64,000 bases of DNA from Octopus sinensis (Eukaryota), in the NCBI RefSeq assembly GCF_006345805.1, contig NC_043008.1, positions 70,804,001-70,868,000 of the forward strand, read 5' to 3'. Below are positions 39,571 through 55,538 of the stretch, in pieces. Position 1 is the first letter of the stretch; every line of letters begins with the position of its first letter. Under the pieces are notes generated by a model, which made no database searches, had not been told where the DNA came from, and saw nothing but the letters and a program-made list of their open reading frames with translations. The translations under genes and the position numbers were made by a program.

Positions 39571-41139
39571 AGTGCGCCTAGTTGTTAGATTTTATTCCCA
39601 TGATAATATACAAGTGTAAGCAAGCATGCATGCACACGCATGGGGCGGTGGGGGTGCTCACACGCGGAAACATTCAAACAAAAACCCAGGTCAGTCCTGC
39701 ACTTTAAGAAACATTTCTCTTCGTGACAAGGCCCGTTAGAGTGAAAGGTAATGAGGCACGAAGCCCCATTGCTACAAATTGCATTTCCTTTATCTATGAC
39801 GCTATAAATAGCAAAGGGCAATGCATGAATATCGCAAAATCTCATAGTTGTGTAACCTATATATAACACCTTTGTGCACTGCAAATAAAATAACTGCGTC
39901 CCGGTTTGGGATTTGCTTTAAAGTTATTACACTTGTCAACTGTGAAGTGTAATTAATATAAATATCATGCGCCAGTATAGGAAGGTAGTCTAACTCAGAT
40001 GTAGCTCACAGGTGTTTAGGGATTAGATCTTCCAACTTTCATCTGCAGCAGGGAATAAATTATTTTGCCAAAGATCCAGAGTAACGCTTGCATTCAAATT
40101 TGAAAGGATACTAGTTGAGTGTCTTACTCTTACGTACGTCTCAATGTTATCGAAAATTATCAAATAAGTTGAGATCTTGTGATAACGATTTAAAACATGA
40201 AGGGGAAGGAGTGGTAATTTAAGTTGATAATTGATTAATTGATTGATGAAGTGACGGAAGATCGAATCATCGACTGAATGAGTGATCAATTTATTTCTTT
40301 ATTGATATTTTCATTATTTGATAATAAATCTGTCTCCCAATATACCGAATCAAATGAAGAAAAAAGTCTGCTGTTGTTGGGTCATTGTTTTTGTTGCTGT
40401 TTAGCTCTAGTTCATTTCTAATAAAGCGGAACTATAGGTAAGATCATTCAAATCCTGAAATGACAGTCCATTAGCGAATACGTCCTTTGGCGTGTTTTAA
40501 GCTGGAAGCACAAAATATGACGGATAATTAGCTAGTTTTTCTAGCATGAAGGGCGACCATATTATATGTGGTCGTTCTCGATTCGTTATCTCGATTCTTG
40601 GTAAATCGCAGTCAAACGAAAAAAATAAATAAATAAAATAATTGATATGGCAGTGACATGGAGTAAAACCCAAGAAAAGTGAATATGAAATTCGTCTTGA
40701 GTTTATATGGCAAATCAGAATAAATCAATAGTTAAAAAATAATGTCGTGGAAACACCGAGGGCGCCAATTGAATGATCAACAGAACTACATGTTCCTTGA
40801 ATTGAGATGTGAGCATTGGATCACGCGTACGCGGCGCATGCGCGCTCACATACATGCAAATACACACACACAAGCATGCATCCTCTAAACTTTTCTATTT
40901 ATTGGTCAAGGCAATGCACGCTCTATTGACCACTGCTTTTGTGATGTAAAGCAGTGGAGATTGGATGTTTCATTAAGATATGCGTACCTTGATAGAGGAC
41001 AAAAGATACTCAACTACATTGACAGCATGGTTAGAGACACACAACCTGATATTATGGACGTAACAACCATAACAGGAAACAGCGATTCCTAGTGGAGCTT
41101 TGCTAGATCTGGTTTGCAGTCGGTTGAAGAATATATCTC

Positions 41140-43188
<2,049 letters not shown>

Positions 43189-44198
43189 TTATACATATAC
43201 ATATATATATATATATATATATAATTTTAGTGACGTAAAGGTATCAACAATTGATGTTTGTATACACACACACAAATATATATACATACATATATATATG
43301 TGTATATATGTATATATATATATGTATATATGTATTATGTATGTACACACACACACACACTGACATATGCATGCATATATCAACTGTTGTTGCTTTTGCG
43401 TTGGTAGATTTATGGGGATCACACTATATCCCAATAAACAGCAGATCAACATCATTTTTGCTTTTCCTTTTAAAAATTTATCAGAAATCTATCTCTAATA
43501 TATAACACGCATCAAAGTGGCGTCACATCAGCGACATACCAAGTATAAATGTATTAAAACAAAAACATAACTAACACACAAACAAAATAATGTTTTATTC
43601 CCCTGTCTCTCAGTCACGGGACATATAGTCTGGACTTTGCAATTAGTGAATTGATACAAAAGTTTGGTAGGAATGTACAAGCATTAGATTGTTGGCCTAA
43701 ATGATCAGAAGCGTGGAAAGCCAAGTAGCCCTCCCCACTGGTAATACATGTAAATATAATAGAGTATAATCAAGTAAAACACTGCTCAGTGAATACAGGA
43801 AGCTCTTAATATAAATATGTGTGTGGACAACTCTGCGTTAGACATACACGCACGCACACACATACACACACACAACACAACGCACAAACACACACAAAAC
43901 AAAATAAAGCTATAATTCATAATACCCCATTGTCTTATGTAACTCAGTATTTTGTGGTCCGATGGCGAATACCATGTTTCAATGTTTGTGTAATCCGAGT
44001 TCTAAATACTACGCGGTACATTTTTTCACGCACCTACATGTATTGCCGTAAATATATACATACACACATACGCATACATATACATATACACATACATATA
44101 CATACACATACATACATACATACATACATGCATACATACATGAATACATGCATATATATATATATATATATATATTACCCGGCGTCATAACGATTCTG

Positions 44199-44236
44199 CA
44201 GTAATTTCAAAACTCACTAAAACTATAGATCATGTA

Positions 44237-44276
<40 letters not shown>

Positions 44277-44330
44277 CATACACATACATACATACATGAT
44301 CTATAGTTTTAGTGAGTTTTTAAATTACTG
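44199..44330. repeat. 40-bp near-perfect inverted repeat with a self-complementary microsatellite spacer
   Basis: 44199-44238 cagtaatttcaaaactcactaaaactatagatcatgtatg against the reverse complement of 44291-44330: one mismatch. Confidence 0.95.
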
Positions 44331-44804
44331 TCACGAGTTGTGACCGGCAGATCAGTCGCATCTCTTGATAAAACCGCCACAGGTTTTCGGTAACAAGGCA
44401 CGATATGATCTCAAAATTCAAAAATCCGCAGCAGCTGGATAATACTTTAAGAATTTTGGTAAACCACTACCCTTAACTGGTACGTATTGTATCGACACTG
44501 AATGGATCTAAGTCTCACAAGCTGAATGTTGCGTGATATGAACTCATAACTAATACGGAACTAATACCACGTGGAATTCTATCCAAAATTGTAATATTTT
44601 CCAATTCAGCGTATTGGAACATATTCACATTCACCAATACATATACATAGAGAGAGACGCTTACATATAGCTGCATTCACATACTCAGACGTTCACACAC
44701 ACACATCTACAAATACAAGGAATATAATGAATCGATATTGAAGACAAAAAGGATGGTTGATATTCTTAACGCAAAGAATCATCTTCCATCTGAATAACTC
44801 ATCC

Positions 44805-45010
44805 TCATAGCAGAATCGTTATCACGCCAAGCAAAATGCTCAGCGGTAATTCATCCGTCCTTACGTTTTGAGTTCAAATTCTGCCGAAGTTGAACTTCCT
44901 TTAACCCTTTCGGTGTCGATAAAATAGGTACCAGTTGATGACTGAGATCAGTGTCATTGACTTACACCCTCCCCCGAAATTGCTAGCTTTGTGTCAAAAT
45001 TTGAAATTAA
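44805..45010 (+). mobile_element. SINE family A
   Basis: gcagaatcgttatcacgcc...gagttcaaattctgccgaag...cctttcggtgtcgataaaataggtaccag...gtgtcaaaatttgaaa. Confidence 0.85.
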
Positions 45011-45039
45011 TAATTACTTATATTAGGATAGTAGTGGTT

Positions 45040-45087
<48 letters not shown>

Positions 45088-45989
45088 ATAGTACTTTTAT
45101 GATTGTATCTAAACATACAGAAACAATCATAGGTGTAAAAGAGGATTATTGACTTATTACATAATCCTAGAATTTTATTTTCCATAAGAAATATCATTTA
45201 AATATTTAATTAATCATTCCTCTATTCACTATTGCTGAGATAATGAAGCATTAATGAACTGTTTCACATTCCTGCTTGCGTAATTAATTACAGACGTTTG
45301 AAACCTGTGCTTATGACGTCAGCTGCATCTTAAGAAAACCAGGCGACAGGAAATGATAACAACTTCAGAGAAACAACTTCTAAATAGCCATTGGTTTGTT
45401 CTCCTTGCCATATAACCTGACTGGGAAATTAACAAGAAAAAAGCTACCCCTTTTAATTGTGAGACGGCACTCTAAACAATTGCTCTTCAGCTGACCAAAA
45501 TCATATGACGTAATGATCACCCGAGTATAGGGCAAAAGATAATAACCGACCGATTTCTATCTTCAAGTCTGATCAGCTTCTCATCATTAATGACTTTTTG
45601 AAACCAAGAGAGTTACAGCTTTGTATTACACCAGGTTTTAAAATCTAAGGCTCTGTGTTTTGTTGATTAAAACAGACCAGTGTTAATCGATATATATGAC
45701 CAGCCTTGTGAACTAAGTTATAAACAGCCCGAGAATTGGTAATCAGCGCGGCTGTTTCGATTCTCCATGAAAGTATTTTCGTTACTACTTTATATCTAAT
45801 TTCTCTAATATACAGAAATTAAAATCTCCAAATTACATAAAAAATAAGATGCCATGCAATATTAGTGAAATAATTGTTTTAAAAATAAGAGTAGTATGTG
45901 AATAGACCGGATGTGTCCATGTTGAAATAAATATCGAATCTTGTATGAACTATTCTCCCGCAACAGTCGTTTGCAATCAAGTGCGCTTG

Positions 45990-46400
45990 TTTTTTTTTTT
46001 TTTGATAAGGATCATTCTTATATGGTTCAGTTTCCAAGTACCATAAGACGGGGATAATATAAGGAATTTCTTCAAATTGTCTTCTAAATGCAACGCTTTC
46101 TCCTGATAAAATCCAATTGCGTAATGGCGATAATTAACCCTTCCAGTGACACAGTTCATGAAACAGAGGAAAAGTTTTCCATAGGAAGCTCAAAAAGGGT
46201 CCAGTAATTCTCAAGTTTGTGTCAAGTAGTTTTGTTGCAATTCAGCACAAACACACGTCCAGCTTATCGTGACGGAAAAGGATTCAGTTCTTCGCGGCCA
46301 GTAACAATGACGCAATATAATTGAAATGCATAAAGAAACGATTTTACAAACTGTTGTGTGTTTTGTTGGCGGTATTTTTGCTGAAATCCGTCTCATTTTG
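45990..46400 (-). mobile_element. Possible pogo/Tigger transposase (CENP-B HTH) remnant
   Basis: FYQEKALHLEDNLKKF...SYGTWKLNHIR resembles LQEKAL.....L...F.AS.GWL..WK.RHNI. Weak; no DDD domain or TIRs seen. Confidence 0.3.
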
Positions 46401-48744
46401 AATCATTGTCATTCACCGCTATATACTCATTGAGGGTGATGTAGCTTAGCTCATTTACGATGTATAATCAAGTGCTTAAACTGAAAACAAAACATAAAAT
46501 CAACTCCGAATCTATCAAGAAAATTGATAAGTATTTAACAAAAAGTAAGAAAACAAGAGAAGAGAAATGAGGGAAAAGAAAAAAATGCGAAGATTTGTTT
46601 GCTAAGAAGACTTACAATTTCTTTAGAGTTTTATTCTTCGTCGTCAACTAATTCAGATAATTTTTATTTTATACCTGGTAAAATTTTCAATGTAATAATT
46701 CAACTGCTTTTGTTTAGAACAAGAATAAGAGAACAAAAGGAGTTGCGTATATATAGCAGGCTATTAATGGCATAATGTAATTTTCTTTTGTAAGAAAATC
46801 TTGCTACAAATAGATGGACTAATTACCAAGGAAAAGTAGAGAAAAAAGATTTCGTTAAAACTAGAAGAAAACATTAACCGAAATTGCTAATCAAATAAAA
46901 TTCGAGGACGTGAATTATAATGTAGAAACTTAAGAATATAACTTATGTTTGTGGGGTAAATTTATCTCCGGCTAACGAAATTAAAAGCTTAAATGAACAT
47001 GAAACCCAGCGAACCGATGATGTCCGCCGAAAGCCAGTTATGATGTAAAACGCTACACTTGTCACGTGTTCTTGTTTTCTGGAAATCAAGATCCTTATTA
47101 TTTATAGCGATGTTAAAAAAATAAAACAAAAAAAGACAACGAAACATAAAATAGAAAATAAAAATACAAATGAAAAGCAAAAATTCTCTCAATTGTCTGT
47201 TTTGTTCACTGCGATTGATTGCATTTCGGCCTGAGAGTAGTTGGGAATAGTAAGAGACACCAGATAGTTTTGTGATCGCTTGCTGTTATGTAGTAAGATC
47301 GATATTACCAATTCTCCTTTTGATGTATATAAAATTAACTGCAGCACACTGACATGTTGGCAGCTTGGTGGTATTACTATAGTTGGACTGTGTGTTCCTT
47401 TAACATACTTTTCATTAAAGATTTTTAAATCAGCAACATTTCTATTCGGTTACAATCATACAGTGATATATTGTACAACAGCATGACCTCTAAGAACAGA
47501 AATCTGTTTGAGTTGTTCATCAAATGTCAATTTATATATTTTTCCAAAATCCTTTGGGATGTGAGGAATGATAGTGATTTTTTTCTGACAATGAAATATT
47601 CCTAACATTTGACGAACTGCCTGCAATATCATAGGCAGAAAGACATAACCTATTTCAACTTTTACATCATTAGTGGCAATTTATTTAGATCAATTAATCG
47701 AACAAATATCGAAAATCCAATCACAAAGACTCAGAGAAAATGAACTCCGCCCCTTGATTTTTTTTAACCAACGAAAAGAATAAAAATAAATACAATAACA
47801 AAACTAGGTTCTAATGAATCTATAAGAACTGGGGCTCATACACAAACGCATAAACACATTTTATCATAATCGAATGTACACAAGCATGCACATATACACC
47901 AAACACCTATACACATACGCACACGCACGCGCGTAAACACGCACATAAATCCACACATTGACACATGGACATTCACAAACATTAGAAAAGCAAATATTAA
48001 AATATCTTGTACTAATTTCTCATTATATGATAAACTACCTCTCAGTTTTCTGAGAGAACTCGTGGAGGGCATTACGGTGATGGTACTCTGAGATTCAATG
48101 TAATTATTGATGGCAATAATAGTGTAGAAGGGAACAGAGAAGTCGTGTATATTTAGACTGAGGTTAGATGGAAATTTGGATTATCATCAAAGACAAACTT
48201 CCAAATTCAATATTCGCATTCCTATTACATTTTCATGTGAATTAATTTTTGCATTTGGTTTGCAAAATTCTTGATGTGAACTTGTGAACTAAAATCTATT
48301 TTGTTTTATTTCGGGAAGGTCATTATGCCAATAATAAGCACAAGTACTGGTTCTATTTAATTTCTTTACTTTTATTAGTCAAGTGGTTAAAGAGTTAACT
48401 AATGAACTATTTGATCGAGTGATTGACAGAAGGAATAATTAAACGATATATTAGTTAATGGCTAAATTATTTACCACCTACTAAAGAAGTGAAGCAGAGT
48501 CAGTGCATGTGATTATTATTGACATATAGATCCTCCGAAGGTATATCAAGGCAATGTGAATTAGTGTGTTATTTAAATTGGAACCTAGGAACATATCAAA
48601 GGTATTGATTATTAAATCGCTGAAGTTCACATAAGAACAGTATACAAATTTGTACAGTTATTGATTGTTCACTTCAGTATCGGTCTGATCAAAAACATTT
48701 CCAGTTGTTATCAGCCTTTGTTTTAGGTCTATTCCGTTAGTGAA

Positions 48745-49010
48745 AGTGCATGGCTTAGTGGTTACGGTGTTATCTTCACGTTCTTCAGATTGTTCTTTCG
48801 ATTCATGGACCGGGCAATGTATTATATTCTTGAACACAACGCCTCATTTTACGTTGATCCAGTCCACTTAAATAGAATCACTGAGTACTCCTTCGACGGG
48901 CGGCGTCTCGTCCAGTGGAGGAATATATATATACGCCACACAAACCGAACTGGGGAACCGCCCTTATGTGTCTATATGACACGGATAACAGCTTTATCCC
49001 AGTTTGCATA
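48745..49010 (+). mobile_element. tRNA-headed SINE (other family)
   Basis: catggcttagtggttacggtg A box, tttcgattcatggaccgggc B-box region, ttcttgaacacaac, cgtctcgtccagtggagg core. Confidence 0.7.
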
Positions 49011-49736
49011 TAGTCTGTCACACACGATCATATTATGTCATAGTTTAATATAAATTATATAATAAATATATTTAAATAAATTAATGTTAAATCGATACAG
49101 ATTTGTATTCATACTTAGTTCATAGGACGAGCGTTACCGTAAACGTTTAAATTAAGTTATTTCAAAGATTAAACGATGTTAGCTGACAGTAATTAGAAAA
49201 CACATATAAGGATTAGTAGTTAATTTGTACTAAGTGCAATCGGTGGTTGATCGCTTTGCCCTCGCCCCGTTTTGTGTCATGTATTTGGAATATTTCTATT
49301 GATAAGAGCATAAAATAATTATTAGAATCCAATGAAACTGGATCTGGATATTATTCAAATCATATACAATTATTTCCATACGGTTGGTCCAACAGTGTTT
49401 CGTTCGTGCATTATCTCGCGGCTTCCTTCTCAGTTTCTCTCTTCAGATACGTACACACACACAAATGCACACACACGCCCAAACACGTTCACACACATAT
49501 GTATATATACAGATATATAGGTATATACACATACATACAAACATACATACAAACATACATACATACATAATACATACGTACATACATACATACATGCATA
49601 CATACATACATGCATATTCATGTCCATCTGTGCAAAACTGCGTATGTGCGTGCATGTAAAGATATATGTACTTATATAAAAATCATAGAACGAGAGGAGG
49701 AAGTAAGAGGGGAAGAGTATGTCTCCGTGTGTATGA

Positions 49737-49777
<41 letters not shown>

Positions 49778-49988
49778 AGTGCGTGTATATATATATGTGT
49801 GTGTATATATGTATGTATATATATATTTATATATATATATAAGTGCGTGTATATATATATGTGTGTGTATATATGTATGTATATATATATTTATATATAT
49901 ATATAAAGATGTATATATATATATAATTATATGAATATATATATATATGTATATTTATATATATATGGATATAAGTATGCATATATAA

Positions 49989-50056
<68 letters not shown>

Positions 50057-52015
50057 ATAAGCGTATATATGTACATAACATTTTTTTCACCTAGTTCAGT
50101 TTGCCGAAGCCCATTGTAAAACACGGTCGACTAGAAATTTCTGCTTGTTCAGTGGTTTTTCGCTGTGTGATATGTAAGAAATCTAATCTTGTTTGAAAGA
50201 TTTGTTTTTATATCTTTCCCTGATGAAGCAATCAGCATTAATTGGTTATGCGTTTTATGTTGTGCGAAGAAACGCATCGCCGCTATCTAGTTAAGATATT
50301 TCTATATTACTATTTTGTACATGTATATATCCAATCTGGGTGTCTATAACTATCGTATCGGATTGAATTAAACACTGAGGCCGATATGAACAACTAAATC
50401 CCTTGAAAGCAACGAATCCGTATGGCTGTTGTCCAATGGCTGAAAGCAGTAAAACGAATTGAAACAATGTATTTGAACAAATGTGTATGAGTGTATGTGT
50501 CTGTATGCGTGTGGGTGCGTAAGTGCGAGCGTGTGTGAGTGTGTGTGTGTATGTGTGTTTGTGTGTATGTTTGTGTGGGCGTATGTTATGTGCGACGCTT
50601 ATTACATTTCTCAAACAACGCCGTGTGTAAGAATCAATTTAATACTTCGTGACAGCTTGTTGATCTCCTTTTCACTGCCATTACGTTAGTAGATTTTGGC
50701 AACTGTCACTGCTACCAAAGTTGTATAGCTGAAAGGCAACCATTATCTAGAATGCCTTTGCTAAAATATGGTGCCACCTTTGTCAGTGCTGCTTACTTCT
50801 CTGCCAGAGTACATCTAAGACTACATAAGCTATAGTTTTCCTTCTCATACTTTCAAGACAGTAGTGGTCAACACAATAGTGGTTTGAGAGGTATTTCGTT
50901 TCTATTTCTAGTAGACCGAGTGACTGACGCCTAGAGCCTTTATTACAAATTAATTGGTTGGTCGGATCTGCCACGTCGCTACTCCTTTTGTCCCAAAAGC
51001 CTTTAACATCGAAAGTTATAAGATTTCTGGTTAATAAGTCCTAAATGATAATGTCGAAGTTTTGATCTAACCTCCTCACCATTGAAAATGATTTGTAGAG
51101 TAATTTTCTCTGGTGTTCTATCGATTGTGATATCCGATATACATTGTTAATAAGGTGAAATATTGTTTTACCTACAACCAAAGACCATACATATTTTGAA
51201 GATAGAAGATAATGCATCAACCCATATTCTTAACTATCCGTTCTTTTATTCCTACTGGAAGGATAACTGCAAAATCGGACATTCGGTGAACAGAAATCAT
51301 AACAAAGAAACATAGCTTAATACAAGAAAACATTTCCTGTGTTAGTCACTTTCATACTATCCTGCCTGAGATAACCCCAAGTTCTCTGACACAAATTCTC
51401 TGTTATGCTGAAACGAAGATTAAAACCTTCTATTAAAATTTCGTCGAAATTTATATTCGAAACTCAGCTTAAAAGCTATTTTAATAAACTCTTTGTATTT
51501 TCAAAATAATTTGAAACAAATATAGTATATTTCGACAGATGTATGAGAACAAGTGTATTGATGCAAAAGCATGAATGCCACTGAATCCATTACAAGAAGT
51601 TTCATTGTAAAGGTTGATAGTAGCTTCAGTACCCGTCTGGTAGTTTAAAAATATGACAGTTCTATTGAAGTTTGTGAATAGAGTAGAAGAGTTAATTAGC
51701 AGGTGTCAGTAGTTCTTGTAGCAGATATCACACACAATGGAATTGTTCCTTCTATTGAAAATGGAAATATAAGAAGCATTTACGAGGTGTCAGTACACGC
51801 AATGGCAGCTAGCTATAGCACGGCAGGTATATATGCAGACAGTATAATGATGCAAGTCTAGCAACAATTAATACGTTGGTTTAGAGCAGATTTTGCTACA
51901 CGTTCATACTTACAAACATATATACGCTCAAATTCCGTTTATACAGAGAAGGATAAATATATATATATCGCATGTATGCATGAATACATATATACATACA
52001 TACGTACAAACATAT

Positions 52016-52325
52016 GGAATCGCAATGGCACAGTGGCTACGGCAGCGGACTCGCGGTCGTAGGGTCGCGGTTTCGATTCCCAGACCGGGCGTTGTGAGTG
52101 TTTATTGAGCGAAAACACCTAAAGCTCCACGAGGCTCCGGCATGGGGGGGATGGCGATCCCTGCTGTACTCTTTCGCCACAACTTTCTCTCACTCATTCT
52201 TCTGTCGGCTTGCTCGCTTAGCCAGCAGGGTGGCGTCATTTGAAGGCTAAAACAATGCTAAGCGCATTGTGACCAGCGATGTGTAGCAACATCTGATAGC
52301 CTGGTCGGTGACGGTGACGGTGACG
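52016..52325 (+). mobile_element. Well-preserved SINE with a tRNA-Arg-like head and (GTGACG)n tail
   Basis: A box tggcacagtgg 52026-52036, gactcgcgg anticodon-like loop, B box ggtttcgattcc 52069-52080, tail ggtgacggtgacggtgacg. It continues well past tRNA length, so it is not a tRNA gene. Confidence 0.85.
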
Positions 52326-52559
52326 TACAAACATACATACATATACATACATATATATATATATTATAACAATAATTATGGGCTTAGCAACACGTTGCTT
52401 AACCACATACCGAAAAAATTAGAAATAGCAGCCGAAAGACTGTTATTTCTTTTCGCTACAAAATATGACTCCATAGACAACCCTCTCTGTAACTCACACA
52501 TTGCTGTTGTTAAATTTATCCTAAAACAACTAACAGAACAAAAACTATTATTATCAATC

Positions 52560-52880
52560 CTTTCTACTATAGGCACAGGGTCTGAAGTTTTGTGGGAGAA
52601 AGCAGGTCGATTACGATGGCCCAATACTTGACTGGTACTTATTTTATCGACCCTGAAAGGATGAAAGGCAAAGACGATCTCAGAATTAGAATCGGTATGC
52701 TAACGATTCTACCAGCTCACCGCACAACAAAAATAATCTTATCTTACTTTGGCAAAAGGCCAGTAATTTTGAGCAGTGGGGAATTACATAGACTCTAGTG
52801 CTCAACTGATGTAATTTTATCGACTGAATTTGTATTCAGAACGTAATAAAAATTTGTATTTTGAACGATGAAATGGCGCT
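52560..52880 (-). mobile_element. Two partial SINE family A copies
   Basis: actggtacttattttatcgaccctgaaaggatgaaaggcaaag at ~52631-52675 and a second remnant at 52760-52880. Confidence 0.7.
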
Positions 52881-52884
52881 AAGC

Positions 52885-53889
52885 AAATATTCTGCTCAAT
52901 ACCACAGATTTGCTTGTACGTTGCTTGATCTTAACCAGTTCAATATGTCCCTTAGTAGCTGACAATATGTAGGCCATCTCTGATCACTAGCAGAAGTAAT
53001 GAGGGAGTATCATAGCCATGTGTCTAGAGGAATTCTTTGGGGTTTGAATAATTCACTCCTGGAAACATTGATGCTTCATTTACCACGGTTAAAAAAGGAT
53101 CTTTTGAGCAGGATAAGCTACTCGACATGAAGCAAATTCCAACTGGGCCCCACCTGCAAGGTCACGACTGTTTACCTTAATATTAGATCACCATATTCCG
53201 CACATATGGTTACGATGTAAGTGTCTGGTGTACCCTTATGAGTCAGGTAGTCATGATCGGTATGCTGGTCTTCGTATATTTTCTATCTCAGCCTCAATTT
53301 AATAGTATACAATACTCTCTCACTCAATAAAGAGCCCTTATGCAGTACCAAGAACTGACTCCCATGGCTTCTGATCTTAGCTGACTGGAGGTTTTATCAT
53401 GTACATGTTTTGTCTTGGTATGAAAAGATGGGCTACACCAAATATTCTGCTCAATACCAAAATTTCGATTGTCAGAATTTTTACCTTAACCAGTTGAGCA
53501 TGTCCCTTGGTGGCTGACGATATGTGTTTCTTTGATCCCGAGCAGAAATAGTGGGGGAGCTAAATAGCCATGCATTGAAAGGAATTCTTTGGAGTCAGAA
53601 TAATTCACCTCAGGAAATATGGGTGTTTTGTTCAACATTCTTAAACGACCTTATTCAAAGAACTTTTGAGCAGGGTGGGCTACTCGACCCGAAGGAAAAA
53701 ATTCTAACTGGGTCCCACCTGCAAGTTCATGCGCTGTTTATCTTGATATTAGATCACCATGTTGCGTACATATGGCTGTGATTCATGTGCCTGGTGTAAC
53801 CTTACGAGACGGGTAGTCATAGTGGGTATACTGGGCTTCGTATATTTTACCACGGTGCCACTTTGATGGCATGCACTGCTCTCTTACTC

Positions 53890-53890
<1 letters not shown>
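52885..53890 (+). mobile_element. Two tandem copies of an (AAT)n-tailed repeat (probable LINE 3' end)
   Basis: aaatattctgctcaatacca at 52885 and 53440; both run to ...ctct.actcaata. The second ends in a long (AAT)n. Confidence 0.7.
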
Positions 53891-53988
<98 letters not shown>

Positions 53989-54476
53989 AATGATAATAGT
54001 CAAAATAACAACAACATTAATAATCTTGACATGATATCAGCATGTCGCGCGCATATGGTTGTGATACGTGTGTCTGCTTTACCCTTATGAAACGGGTAGT
54101 TATGATGGGTATATGGAGCTTCGTATTTTTGCACCTCAGTTTCACTTTGATGGCATGCGCTGGTTTCTCAATAATAACGATAACGGACTCTTCTATCGAA
54201 GATGACGTATGAGTGTTCAGCTTTTGCCGAACGACCTGCACTGATGATTTGCTTACAATAATCAAACGTATGTGCTGCACGTTAGTTCACTCCCTTCATC
54301 AGATCAACGTTGCCTGAAGAGGTGTACACTGATTCATACATTAGATGTCATAGTGATCGCAGAGCAGCGTGAGATGAAATATTTTGTGACCTCACAACAA
54401 TAATAATAATAATAATAATAATAATGATAATAATAATAATAAATAATAATAATAATAATAATAAATAATAATAATA

Positions 54477-54514
<38 letters not shown>

Positions 54515-54952
54515 AATGATAATAGTCAAAATAACAACAACATTAATAATCTTGACATGATATCAGCATGTCGCGCGCATATGGTTGTGATACGTGTGTC
54601 TGCTTTACCCTTATGAAACGGGTAGTTATGATGGGTATATGGAGCTTCGTATTTTTGCACCTCAGTTTCACTTTGATGGCATGCGCTGGTTTCTCAATAA
54701 TAACGATAACGGACTCTTCTATCGAAGATGACGTATGAGTGTTCAGCTTTTGCCGAACGACCTGCACTGATGATTTGCTTACAATAATCAAACGTATGTG
54801 CTGCACGTTAGTTCACTCCCTTCATCAGATCAACGTTGCCTGAAGAGGTGTACACTGATTCATACATTAGATGTCATAGTGATCGCAGAGCAGCGTGAGA
54901 TGAAATATTTTGTGACCTCACAACAATAATAATAATAATAATAATAATAATG

Positions 54953-54988
<36 letters not shown>

Positions 54989-55008
54989 TTAATAATAATA
55001 ATATAATA

Positions 55009-55046
<38 letters not shown>

Positions 55047-55459
55047 AATGATAATAGTCAAAATAACAACAACATTAATAATAATCTTGACATGATATCA
55101 GCATGTCGCGCGCATATGGTTGTGATACGTGTGTCTGCTTTACCCTTATGAAACGGGTAGTCATGATGGGTATATGGAGCTTCGTATTTTTGCACCTCAG
55201 TTTCACTTTGATGGCATGCGCTGTTTTCTCAATAATAACGATAACGGACTCTTCTATCGAAGATGACGTATGAGTGTTCAGCTTTTGCCGAACGACCTGC
55301 ACTGATGATTTGCTTACAATAATCAAACGTATGTGCTGCACGTTAGTTCACTCCCTTCATCAGATCAACGTTGCCTGAAGAGGTGTACACTGATTCATAC
55401 ATTAGATGTCATAGTGATCGCAGAGCAGCGTGAGATGAAATATTTTGTGACCTCACAAC

Positions 55460-55537
<78 letters not shown>
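53889..55537. repeat. Three-copy tandem array, ~526-532-bp period, with (AAT)n(GAT)n at the junctions
   Basis: Cores 53999-54398, 54525-54924, 55057-55459. Copy 3 differs by two visible substitutions and one AAT. Confidence 0.95.

Positions 55538-55538
<1 letters not shown>

Noticed and set aside
40823-40846. NRF1-like GCGCATGCGC in a CpG cluster
   Set aside because: It adjoins CA-type microsatellite and is readily produced by its decay; no other promoter evidence.
50220-50280. CTGATGA...GAAAC-GC-ATC
   Set aside because: Canonical core pieces are present, but stem II does not close onto GAAA and there is no stem I partner; at best a dead remnant.
51540-51760. CDICYKNY zinc-finger-like string on the minus strand
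   Set aside because: It is followed by a stop, with no correctly spaced His or Cys ligands.
52016-52090. Possible tRNA-Arg gene
   Set aside because: No proper acceptor stem or terminator; it continues into a SINE body and tail.
54017-55341. Three copies of an 87-88 aa ORF (MQHIRLIIV...)
   Set aside because: An antisense by-product of the triplicated TE-derived unit with no coding hallmarks.
53889-55537. CRISPR-like repeat/spacer array
   Set aside because: The units are ~530 bp with identical interiors and microsatellite junctions, in eukaryotic context with no cas genes.
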